Source: an uncultured Gemmatimonadales bacterium
Lineage (GTDB): Bacteria; Gemmatimonadota; Gemmatimonadetes; Gemmatimonadales; GWC2-71-9
Length of the DNA stretch: 64,000 nucleotides
Assembly (NCBI GenBank): GCA_963730185.1
Contig: CAVSQW010000002.1
Span: forward strand, 190,442 to 254,441
Reading direction: 5' to 3'
The position numbers and the translations under genes are program-made. Within the stretch, counting starts at the first letter, position 1, and each line of letters opens with the position of its first letter. This document shows positions 1-12,200 of this stretch, in pieces. Below the pieces are notes generated by a model. It did not search any database. It was not told where the DNA came from and was given only the letters and a program-made list of their open reading frames with translations.

Positions 1-587
1 GGCGGATCCCAGCCGCCTCTGGCCACGATCTCCCGCGCCTCCCGCCGCCCGGCCGCCAGCGCGAACCCGGCCGACAGCGCCAGCGCCGCCAGCGTCGGCC
101 CGAGGTGCTGCCGGACGACGTCGGACGCCGCGCGGCCGGTGAGCGGGCCGGCGAGCGTAATCGCGAACCCCAGTGCCGCGGCGACGACGTGGCTGGTGAC
201 TTGAAGGCGCGCGACCGCCTCCACCCAGGCCCGGAGCTTGGGATCGTCGGGGTCCTCGGCCGCGATGATCGTCGGGACGATCAGGCTCGCGACCGGCAGC
301 CAGGCCACCATGACGATCCCGAACACCAGGCTTCCCACGCTCTTGAGGAGGACCAGCGCGGTGATGATCGTCCCGACCGTGGCGCCGTCGCCGCGACGGA
401 CCGCGGGCGGGATCCGCGTCAGCGGCCAGGTCCGCTCGAGCGCGCGCCGCTTCCGGGCATGCGACAACTCGCCAAGCCGGCGGAGCCGGGGATGATCGAG
501 CAGGCGCTGCCCGAGCCGCAACGCGCCCAGCGACGCCGCTTCCGACAGCGCGACGGCGGCGAGCAGGACCATCGAGAAGGAGTGCAT
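1..587 (-). CDS. Hypothetical membrane protein (3' end outside window)
   Basis: Manual minus-strand translation from ATG at 587: MHSFSMVLLAAVALSEAASLGALRLG...IITALVLLKSVGSLVFGIVMVAWLPVASLIVP; several hydrophobic segments; runs off the window edge. Confidence 0.6.
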   Translation of the reverse strand, partial: MHSFSMVLLAAVALSEAASLGALRLGQRLLDHPRLRRLGELSHARKRRALERTWPLTRIPPAVRRGDGATVGTIITALVLLKSVGSLVFGIVMVAWLPVASLIVPTIIAAEDPDDPKLRAWVEAVARLQVTSHVVAAALGFAITLAGPLTGRAASDVVRQHLGPTLAALALSAGFALAAGRREAREIVARGGWDP

Positions 588-698
588 GGCTTCGATACAT
601 TCGCCCAATGTCGCCCGGAGCGCCATCCGGGACGTCTCGGTCACCTGCGGTGGTGCTCGTGCATCGTTGGCCCGATCGCACTAGGTTGCGTAGCAACG

Positions 699-2537
699 AT
701 GACCGAGCACATCCCTACCGTCATCGCGCCCGACCATGCGCAGCTGGCCCTCGAGGTCGCCGGCCGGATCGACCGCCTGATCCGTACCCGCGCCGCCGAG
801 GGACGCACCGCCGTGCTCGGGCTGGCCACCGGCTCCACCCCGATCGGCGTCTATCGGGAGCTGATCCGGCTGCCACCGCGAGGAGGGGCTCTCCTTCGCG
901 AGCGTGGTCACCTTCAACCTCGACGAGTACTACCCGATGGACCCGGGCAACGTGCATTCGTACCACCGGTTCATGTGGGAGAATCTCTTCGACCACGTCG
1001 ACATCGCCCCGGAGCAGGTCCACATCCCGCGCGGAGACCTCCCCCGGGCCGAGGCCGCACGCTACTGCGCCGGGTACGAGGACGCGATTCGCGGCAGCCG
1101 GCGGGATCGACCTGCAGCTGCTGGGCATCGGCAAGACCGGGCACATCGGCTTCAACGAGCCCGGCTCGGGGCAGGGAAGCCGGACGCGGCTCATCACCCT
1201 CGACACCATCACCCGGAAGGACGCCGCCGCCGACTTCTTCGGCGAGGAGTTCGTGCCCCGCCAGGCGATCACGATGGGCATCGCCACGATCCTGGAGGCC
1301 CGGGCGATCGCCATTCTCGCCACCGGCGAGCACAAGGCCGCCATCGTCCGCCGGGCGGTCGAGGGCGAGATCGACACCGAGGTCGCCGCCACGTTCCTCC
1401 AGCGGCACGCCGACACCACCTTCTACCTCGACCCGGCCGCCGCCGCGGACCTGACCCGCGGTCGCCACGCCCTGGCTGCTGGACGAGGTGGAGTGGGACG
1501 ACGACCTGGCGGTCCGCGCCGTGACCTGGCTCTCGCTCGAGACCGGCCGGGCCATCCTGAAGCTGACCCAGCGCGACTACGCCGAGCACAAGCTGTCGGC
1601 CCTGGTGTCCCGGCACGGCTCCGCGGGCGCCGTGAACGGCCTGATCTTCAACGCCCTCGGCGCCAAGATCCGGGGCCGTTCCAAGCTCCCGCGCGAGAAG
1701 CGGATCGTGGTCTTTTCGCCGCATCCCGACGACGACGTGATCTCGATGGGTGGGATCCTGGCCAAGCTGGTGGCCAACGGAAATCGGATCACCGTTGCCT
1801 ACATGACGAGCGGCAACATCGCCGTCTTCGATCACGACGTCCGTCGCTATCTCGACTTCCTCGACCGGCTGGCGTCCGAGCGTGGGGTGGCGGCAGGGGC
1901 GGTGGCCGAGCTGGGAGCCAAGGTGCGGGCGTTCTTCGAGAGGAAGAGCGCGGGCGAGGTGGACATTCCCGAGGTCCAGGACCTGAAGCGGATGATTCGG
2001 GCCTCGGAGGCGGTGAGCGCGATCGAGGCCATCGGTCTGGGGCCCGACGCGGCGGTGTTCATGGACCTGCCGTTCTACCGCACCGGCGAAGTGCGGAAGG
2101 CCCCGATCTCCGAGGCCGACGTGACCCAGGTCCGGCGGCTCCTGGAGGACACCGAGCCCGAGCTGGCCTTCGTCGCCGGCGACCTGTCCGATCCCCACGG
2201 CACCCACCGAATGTGCAAGGAGGCGATCGACCGGGCGTTGGTGGGCCTGGCGAAGCCGCCGGAAGTCTGGCTCTACCGCGGCGCCTGGCAGGAGTGGCCG
2301 GTCACCGAGGCGACCTGGCTGGTCCCGCTTTCGCAGGAAGAGCTCCAGACCAAGATCCAGGCGATCTTCAAGCACCAGTCGCAGAAGGACTCCGCGCCCT
2401 TTCCGGGTCAGGACGACCGGGAGTTCTGGCAACGGGTCGAGACCCGCAACAAGGAGACGGCGACCCTGCTCGACCGTTTGGGTCTGGCCGAGTACTTCGC
2501 GATGGAGGCCTACGTGGTGGACGGCGCGCCGGCATGA
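699..2537 (+). CDS. nagB: Glucosamine-6-phosphate deaminase, long form (NagB plus C-terminal PIG-L-like domain); 3 apparent +1 frameshifts (~873, ~1093, ~1461)
   Basis: Motifs VLGLATGSTP, TFNLDEYYP, LLGIGKTGHIGFNEPGS, then FSPHPDDDVISMGG and DPHGTHRMC, spread over three frames. Confidence 0.9.
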
Positions 2538-3805
2538 TTCGAGTGGTCGTCGTGGGCGCCGGCGCCCGAGGCAATCGGGTCTTCGCCGATCTGATCACGC
2601 GCTACGACACGGGGTTCTCTCTCGCTGGCGTGGTCGAGCCGGTCGAGGCTCGTCGGACCGCGTTCCAGGAGCGGTTCGGGATCCCCGCCGAGCTGGGCTT
2701 TCGCTCGCTCGAGGAGTTCCTCGCGGCACCCCGGTTTGCCGACATCGTCTTCATCTGCACGCTGGATCCGACTCACTACGAGATCTGCACGGCGGTCTCG
2801 GAAGCCGGCTATGACGTGCTGCTGGAGAAGCCGATCGCCACGACGCTCCAGGACTGCCTCGCGCTGGTTGCGGCGGAGCGCCGGTGCCGGAACCGGATCT
2901 TCGTGGCGCACGGTCTCCGGTACTCGCCGTTCTTCCGCCGGATCAAGCAAATCGTCGACAGCGGCGAGTACGGCGCCGTGCGTCACCTGGCGATCCGGGA
3001 GAACGTGGGACACTGGCACTTCGCCCATAGCTACGTGCGCGGCAACTGGCGGCGGGCCGCCGACTGTGCCCCGATCATCCTGACCAAGTGCTCGCACGAC
3101 CTCGACATCGCCTCGTGGCTGGTCCCCGAGCGGGTGGTCGCGGTCTCGTCGGTGGGCGGACTCTCCTACTTCCGCCCGGAGAACGCCCCGGAAGGCGCCG
3201 CGGCGCGATGCGTCGACTGCCGGCTCGAGTCGACCTGCCGCTACAGCGCCTCGCGGTTCTACCTCCGTGACGACGCCGGCTGGCCGTTCGATACGATCGT
3301 GGCGCCACCGGACTCGCGCGAGGCACGCCGGGAGGCGGTGGTCACCGGGCCCTACGGGCGCTGCGTCTGGCATTGCGACAACGACGTGTGCGACAACCAG
3401 ACCGTGGTGCTCGAGTTCGACTCAGGGCTCCACGCCACGGTGGGGCTCTACGCGCTGACCGCCGACACCACCCGCAAGGTGACGATCCTGCTGGACGAGG
3501 CGGAGATCACCGGCGACCTCTACCGGGAGCGGCTCCGGGTCTCCCGGTTCACGGGGGAGCCGGGTCGGCTCGACGAGCGGGAGCTCGATCTGCCAACCGC
3601 CGAGGATCGGCACGGGGGCGGTGACCTAGGGCTGCTCAAGGCGCTGGGTGAGCACCTCCGATCGGGCGCGCACAAGGAGATCGTGAGTTCGCTCGCGTCG
3701 TCGGTGCAGAGCCACGTGCTGGCGTTCCTGGCCGAGGACTCCCGAGCGGCCGGCGGCGCTAGGCTTCCGGTGTCGGACGCATTCGTACCCGAGCCGTTCA
3801 TGTAG
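2534..3805 (+). CDS. Gfo/Idh/MocA family NAD(P)-dependent oxidoreductase
   Basis: MIRVVVVGAGARG Rossmann motif, LLEKP, HSYVRGNWR, TKCSHDLD; ATGA overlap with nagB stop. Confidence 0.88.
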   Translation: MIRVVVVGAGARGNRVFADLITRYDTGFSLAGVVEPVEARRTAFQERFGIPAELGFRSLEEFLAAPRFADIVFICTLDPTHYEICTAVSEAGYDVLLEKPIATTLQDCLALVAAERRCRNRIFVAHGLRYSPFFRRIKQIVDSGEYGAVRHLAIRENVGHWHFAHSYVRGNWRRAADCAPIILTKCSHDLDIASWLVPERVVAVSSVGGLSYFRPENAPEGAAARCVDCRLESTCRYSASRFYLRDDAGWPFDTIVAPPDSREARREAVVTGPYGRCVWHCDNDVCDNQTVVLEFDSGLHATVGLYALTADTTRKVTILLDEAEITGDLYRERLRVSRFTGEPGRLDERELDLPTAEDRHGGGDLGLLKALGEHLRSGAHKEIVSSLASSVQSHVLAFLAEDSRAAGGARLPVSDAFVPEPFM

Positions 3806-3833
3806 CGATCTTCCCCACCGAAAGGGCATCGGA

Positions 3834-4781
3834 ATGACCCGTCGAGTGAGCCTCGCCTTAGGCGCGGGGATCGCCGTCAGCCTGCTGTCGAGTCCGTTGG
3901 CCGCGCAGCTCCAGGTCCAGGTGCTGCCCGTGGAGGTCCATCGGCTGGTGTCGAAGGCCGTCGGCGACTCGTTCGAGATCCGGGTCCTCCTCCCGCCGAT
4001 GATCCCGGGGGAGAAGACCCGGTTTCCGGTCGTCTACATGACCGACGTCAACGGGGGGTTCATCGACGAGGACGGACTCCGGCTGTTGATGATGGGCGAC
4101 ACCCCCCGGTTCATCGCGGTGGGGATTGGCTACCCCGGCGCGACGAGCATTCTGCAGACGCTCGCCATCCGGGCCCGGGATTTGACCCCGGTCCGGGTCA
4201 AAGATGCCAACACTGGCTTCGGGGTGCCGATGGCTGGCACTCTCGAGCCCGCGGTGGGGAACGGCGGGGCGGCGAAGTTCCTGGCCTTCATGCGCGACGA
4301 GCTGATGCCCTTCATCGACGCCCGCTACCCGACCGATCCCAACGATCGGGGCTATTGGGGCGACTCGCTGGGTGGGCTGTTCGGCTGCTACGTGTTGTTC
4401 ACCGAGCCGGAGACCTTCAACCGGTACGTCATCGGCAGTCCGTCGCTCTGGTGGGCCAACGAGCAGGTGCTCGCCCTGGCAGAGGCGTACGGCAAGACCC
4501 ACGACGACCTTCGGGCCGACGTCTTCGTCGGCGTCGGTGGGCTCGAGGAAGGCACCCAGCTGTCCAGCTTCCGGATGGTGACCAACGTGCTCCGACTGGA
4601 GCGAATGCTCCGGGCCAAGCGCTATCCCGGCCTTCAGCTGACCACCCGGGTCTTTCCCGACGAGACCCACGTCACGGTGGCCGGGATGAACCTGGTGCGC
4701 GGGCTGGTGTCGGTGTTCGGGCCGGTGCGGCCGGAGGACGGTCTGCTGGCCAAGTATGCGGAGATGACGAAGCGCCGTTGA
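3834..4781 (+). CDS. Exported alpha/beta hydrolase (IroE/BesA-like esterase)
   Basis: Signal peptide ending LAA-Q; nucleophile elbow GDSLGG; GSPSLWW; C-terminal ETH. Confidence 0.82.
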   Translation: MTRRVSLALGAGIAVSLLSSPLAAQLQVQVLPVEVHRLVSKAVGDSFEIRVLLPPMIPGEKTRFPVVYMTDVNGGFIDEDGLRLLMMGDTPRFIAVGIGYPGATSILQTLAIRARDLTPVRVKDANTGFGVPMAGTLEPAVGNGGAAKFLAFMRDELMPFIDARYPTDPNDRGYWGDSLGGLFGCYVLFTEPETFNRYVIGSPSLWWANEQVLALAEAYGKTHDDLRADVFVGVGGLEEGTQLSSFRMVTNVLRLERMLRAKRYPGLQLTTRVFPDETHVTVAGMNLVRGLVSVFGPVRPEDGLLAKYAEMTKRR

Positions 4782-4861
4782 GGCCGATGAGGCCGGCCGG
4801 GGCGACCACGACCGCTCGCCGCCGGCGTGGGGCACCGGCGGCGGGCGTCGCGGCTGGTGGG

Positions 4862-5074
4862 CTACGCCTTGACCCGCGTCACGTTCTCCGCGGCCGGGCC
4901 CTTTTGGCCCTGCACCATGTCGAACTCGACCATCTCACCCTCGGCCAGGCTCTTGAAGCCCTCGCCCTGGATCGCGCTGTGGTGGACGAAGCAGTCCTTT
5001 GCGCCGTCGGACGGAGTGATGAATCCAAACCCCTTGGCGTCGTTGAACCACTTCACAGTGCCCTTGACTCGCAT
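4862..5074 (-). CDS. csp: Cold-shock protein, CspA family (70 aa)
   Basis: [21 protein letters not shown]...DCFVHHSAI (RNP1/RNP2); SD GAGGAG upstream. Confidence 0.97.
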   Translation of the reverse strand: MRVKGTVKWFNDAKGFGFITPSDGAKDCFVHHSAIQGEGFKSLAEGEMVEFDMVQGQKGPAAENVTRVKA

Positions 5075-5200
5075 CGTACCCACTCCTCGTTTGGTGGCGG
5101 CAGCTCGGCTGGCTCCCGCCTCGGCCCGTGCAGACCCCACGGCAGGTGTTCCGGGCAACGATCGGGGCATCCGGCCGCTGCACGTGACCGTACGAACTCG

Positions 5201-5227
5201 AAAAGGCCCGGCGACGCCGGGCCCTTT
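5201..5227 (-). terminator. GC hairpin with T-tract (katG terminator or attenuator in csp leader)
   Basis: Minus strand AAAG-GGCCCGGC-GTC-GCCGGGCC-TTTT. Confidence 0.6.
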
Positions 5228-5333
5228 ACACCTCGCTCGGAACTGGTAACGATCACTGCAAGAACGTACCTGTCGACCGATCGGTCGCGCAAGACCCGCC
5301 GTCCGATCCGGGCCCCCGGGCACCGCGTCCCGA

Positions 5334-7598
<2,265 letters not shown>

Positions 7599-7664
7599 AG
7601 TAGGATGTCGCCGCACTCGCGGCTCGTTACCAACTCGTCACCAAGGCCCTTCCCGGATTCGCCG

Positions 7665-8102
7665 ATGCCGTCATCGCCGTCCGCCGAGCGCTACGCCCAT
7701 CTCCGGGAGGAGTGCGTCCGCCGTGGCCTTCGCTTGACCCCTCAGCGTGAGGTGCTGCTTCGGATCTTGAGTGACACGATGGGCCACCCCACGGCCGACG
7801 ATCTGGTCCGGCAGGTTCGTGAGGTGTTGCCCACGATCTCTCACGCCACGGTCTATCGGAACCTGCAGGAGTTGGTCAAGGAAGGCCTGATCAGGACGTT
7901 GGACCGGGCCGGCGCGGCGGCGCAGTTCGAGGTGAACCCCGATGAGCACCATCACTTCGTCTGCCGGAAGTGCGGGCAGGTCTGGGATGTCTACCTGTCG
8001 ACCGTCGACGTGAAGGTCAACCGCCGCCGGACCGCGATCGAGGGATTTCAGGTCGACCGGCGGGAGGTCCAGCTGCACGGCCTCTGCGCCGGGTGCCGAT
8101 AG
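7665..8102 (+). CDS. Fur-family regulator (PerR/FurA-like); alternative start 7605
   Basis: RLTPQR, HPTADDL, ATVYRNL, HHHFVCRKCG, C-terminal CAGC; divergent from katG. Confidence 0.92.
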   Translation: MPSSPSAERYAHLREECVRRGLRLTPQREVLLRILSDTMGHPTADDLVRQVREVLPTISHATVYRNLQELVKEGLIRTLDRAGAAAQFEVNPDEHHHFVCRKCGQVWDVYLSTVDVKVNRRRTAIEGFQVDRREVQLHGLCAGCR

Positions 8103-8171
8103 CCCTTTCCGGCCCTCCGTCCCGGGCAACTCGATGACAGCGGCCCGGCTGTCCGGGTGTAGTTTGGCCCC

Positions 8172-9068
8172 ATGAATCATCCCTACTATCTCTGCGACGT
8201 GTTCACCGATACCCCCTTCACCGGCAATCAACTCGCCGTGCTACCCGAGGCGGAGGGCCTGTCGGAGGAGCGGATGCAGCAGATCGCCAAGGAGTTCAAC
8301 TTCTCCGAGACCGCGTTCGTCTTGCCGCCGGAGCAGGGGCACACTCGCCGGGTCCGGATCTTCACGCCGGTCGCGGAGCTGCCGTTCGCGGGGCATCCGA
8401 ACATCGGCACGGCGTTCGTGCTGGCGACCATCGGCGCCTTCGGACCGGTCGACGCGCCAATCACGGTGACCTTCGAGGAGCGGGCCGGACTGGTGCCGAT
8501 CACCGTTCTGAGCGGGGCGGGCTCCCTGATCTGCGAGCTGGCCGCGCCGGAGCGGCTCTCGCTCGGCGCCACCTTCCCGGTCGAGGCCGTGGCCGCCGCC
8601 GTGTCGCTCGCTCCGGCCGACCTCGTGATCACGACCCACCGGCCTCAGGTGGCGTCGGTCGGCGTTCCCTTCCTCATGGTCGAGCTGGCCGGCCGGGCAG
8701 CGCTTGCCCGGGCCCGGGTCGATCCAGCCGGCCTCGCGGCGCTGGCCCGCTTGGGCTTCGCCCGCGGGATCCATCTCTACATCCGGAGCCGCGACGATCT
8801 CGACCTTCGAGCCCGGATGTTCGACCCCCATGGTGGCGTGACGGAGGATCCGGCGACCGGCAGCGCGAACGGCGCCCTGGCCGGACTGCTGCGTCACTAC
8901 GGCGACCCCGCGGACGGCCCCGGCTCCTGGCGGATCGGGCAGGGGGCCGAGATGGGGCGTTCGAGCCGGCTCACGGCGTCGGCCGAGCAGCGAGACGGCG
9001 TCGTCGTGACCACCCGGGTCGGCGGGGGGTGCGTCCTCGTCGGGAGTGGGGAGCTCTACGTCGGGTAG
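8172..9068 (+). CDS. PhzF family isomerase/epimerase
   Basis: DVFTDTPFTGNQLAV, FSETAF, ELPFAGHP, EDPATGSA. Confidence 0.93.
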   Translation: MNHPYYLCDVFTDTPFTGNQLAVLPEAEGLSEERMQQIAKEFNFSETAFVLPPEQGHTRRVRIFTPVAELPFAGHPNIGTAFVLATIGAFGPVDAPITVTFEERAGLVPITVLSGAGSLICELAAPERLSLGATFPVEAVAAAVSLAPADLVITTHRPQVASVGVPFLMVELAGRAALARARVDPAGLAALARLGFARGIHLYIRSRDDLDLRARMFDPHGGVTEDPATGSANGALAGLLRHYGDPADGPGSWRIGQGAEMGRSSRLTASAEQRDGVVVTTRVGGGCVLVGSGELYVG

Positions 9069-9205
9069 GGGCAAGAGGAAGTCCTGCTGCCGGATCCGAC
9101 GACCATCGGTTGCCCCCGGGTCGGCCGCGCCTGACACTGAAGACGAGCGCGATGATCGAACGGGCGGAATACCCCCGGGCCTGCGGAGGAGCTTGAACGA
9201 AGCGG

Positions 9206-12200
9206 CTATTCCAGCCGGAGGGTGCCGGCCGGCGGCCGGCCGGCCAGCGCCGCTGAGACCGCGGCCGCGAGCTCGCCGCGCGTGAACGGCTTGGTGAGGA
9301 GGGTCTGCGCCGCCGTCAGTGACCCGCCGGTGGCCAGCAACTGTCTTGCGTGGCCGCTCATGAAGAGGACCGGTGTCCCCGGCCGGCGTTGGATCAGCCG
9401 CCGGTGCAGCTCGGGGCCGCTCAGGCCGGGCATCACCACGTCGGTGAGCAGCAGGTCGAGAGGCCCGGGGTGCCGGTCGACCAGGGCCAGGGCGGCGGCA
9501 CCGTGCTGGGCTTCCTGCACTTGGTAGCCCAGCCTCCGGAGCTGTCGGGCGACGGTTCGAAGCACCATCGGTTCGTCATCGACCACCAGGATCGTGGCGG
9601 GATCGTCATCGCTGCCCGCTACCGGGCCCGCGGGCGGCGCCTCGGCCGTCGTGGCCGGGCTCTCGATCATGGGGAAGTCGAGGGTGAAGATGCTGCCCTT
9701 TCCGGGCGCGCTGTCGACCCGGATCCAACCGCCGCTCTGGGTTACGAAGCCGTAGACGCTCGCCAGTCCCAGCCCGGTGCCGCGGCCGACGTCCTTGGTG
9801 GTGAAGAACGGCTCGAACAGCCGGGCCTGGATGGCCTCGTCCATGCCCACGCCGGTATCGGTGACCGTGAGCCGGACATGCGGTCCGGGGATCGCGCCGA
9901 TCGTGCCGTAGCGCTCGAGGTACGCCGCATCGACCGTGACCACGCCGGCACGGATCGTGAGGGTGCCACCGGCCGGCATGGCATCGCGCGCATTGAAGGC
10001 GAGGTTGAGCAGGGCATGCTCCAGCCGGCCCGGGTCGGCCGTGAACCAGAGCGGCCTCTCGCCGGGCTCGATCACCAGTCGCACCCCGGTGCCGAGGACG
10101 CGCCGGAGGAGCCCCTCTTCGCTGCCGAGGAACGTACCGAGCTCGAGCGGCACGGGGCTCAGCGTCTGGCGGCGCCCGAAAGCGAGCATCTGCTGGGTGG
10201 TGGCGGCCATGTGCTCCGCCGCGTGGCGGACCGCCGCGAGGTCCTCCACGTGTGACTCGCTGACCCCCGCCGACTCGATCATCTCGACGCTCCCCATCAG
10301 CACCGTGAGCTGATTGTTGAGGTCGTGGGCCAGCCCGCCCGCCATGGTCCCGAGCGCCTCCGCCTTGGCTGCCTGCTGGATGTAGGCCTCCATCCGGCGG
10401 CGCTCGGTCACGTCGTCGATGGCGAGCAGGAGGCTCGGCTCGGTCCGGTCCGGCTCCTGCATCCGGTGGGTGCTCAGGTGCAGGATCCGTTCGCCGAGAT
10501 CGTGGAAGGTGTGCGTCACCTCGGTGTCGTGCGGCGTGTCGTCGGCCGCTTCGATGAACGCGTGGAAGCGGTCGAAGTCCCAGTCCCCTTGCATCAGCTC
10601 GAAGATCGGAGTCCCCTGGGCCGCCCGCGGGTCGAGCCGGAAGGTCCGGTAGAACGCCGCGTTGGCCCGGCGGACCAGGTAGCGCTCGTCGAGCACCACC
10701 AGCGGCTGCCGCACGGTGTCGATGATCACGTCGCTGTAGTGGCGCGCCACCTCGCTCAGCCGGAGGAGCCGGTGCATCGCATCCACGTCCACCAAGGTGA
10801 GCACCACGCCGTCGATGCCGTCGCCGACGACCCGGTACGGGGCGATCCGGAAGAGGTAGCCGTGGCCCCGCTCATCTTCCAGTTCCACTTCATCGCGGCG
10901 TCCTTCGTGGATCACGGCGCGGCATCGGGCGCGCAGGTCCGCGGGCGCGAGGCGAAGCCTGACCTCCTCCAGTCCGTGGCCCAGGTCTCCGGGCCGGACG
11001 CCGAGCAGGTCGGCCGCCCAGGGACTGTAGCGGCGGATCCGGAGCTCCCGGTCGACCAGGACCAGCGGCGTCTCGGTGCTCTCGAAGGTGTTGGTCAGAT
11101 CGGTGACCGTCTGGCTCAGCTCGGCGTTCCGCTGCTGCAGCTCCTCGTTGAGGGTGGTCACCTCCTCGTTCATGGACTGGAGCTCTTCCTTGGTGGTCTC
11201 CAGCTCCTCGTTGGTGCTCTGGAACTCCTCGTTGATCGAGAGGCTCTCCTCGTACGCGGTCTGGACCTCCGCCTGGGCCGCGTCCTGGAGCTCGATCACC
11301 GACTCGAGGTAATCCCGGGTCTCGCGCAACTCCTGCTCGAGCGACCGGACCCGGGCTGCGGACCCTCCCGCGGAACGTCCCACCGGTTTCTGTCCGGAGG
11401 CGCGGGTGCTGGACGTCGCCCCGGGCGCGAAGACGATCAGGTAGCGGCCGGAGCCCTCCGCCATGGCGTCCAGGGGGAGCACCGTCAGGTCCACGACCCG
11501 GACTCGCGCCCCGTCGCGGCAGCGGATCCCGTCCCGGCGTACCCGGATCCGCTTGGTCCGCACCTGGTGCAACAGCCGGCCGAGGATGGCGCGGAACTCG
11601 GGCCGGACCACCGTGAGGAGACGGGTGGACGGCGCGCCCGCCGGTTCCTCGAGGTACTGTGCCGTCGCGCCGCGGAGGTTGAGGATACTGAGGTCGTCGT
11701 CGACCATGATCCGGGCCGTCGGATACTCGAGCCGGTAGAGCTGCTCCGCCATCCGCTCCAGCTCCGGCACCGTGCGCCGCCCGGGTGCGCGGGTGGGCGG
11801 GGCCTCCTCGTCCTGGCGCCCGTCCGGCACCAAACGGGCGACCGGCAGGTCCATCATCGGAAACTCGGTCCGCGCCCCGCTCGGCGCATACAGCTTGTGC
11901 TTCCGGTCGTGCGCCACGAAGAGGTCCCGGGCGAGCGTGGTCGTCTCCGCCGGCCCGAGCAGCAGGAAGCCCTTCGGCTTGAGGGCGTAGTGAAAGGTCC
12001 GGAGCGCTCGCTGCTGGAGGGGGGTGTCGAGGTAGATGAGGACGTTCCGGCAAATGACGACGTCGAGTCGGGAGAAGGGCGGGTCCCGGGTCAGGTCGTG
12101 CCGGGCAAAGACGCAGGCCGATCGGAGCCGCTTCTGCACTTCGAACCCGCCGTCGACCGCCCGGAAGAAACGAGCCAGGCGTTCGGGGGAGATCTGGGCC

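Noticed and set aside
608..3805. 1065-aa apparent NagB-oxidoreductase fusion
   Set aside because: Created by nagB frameshifts; the oxidoreductase has its own ATG at 2534 overlapping the nagB stop
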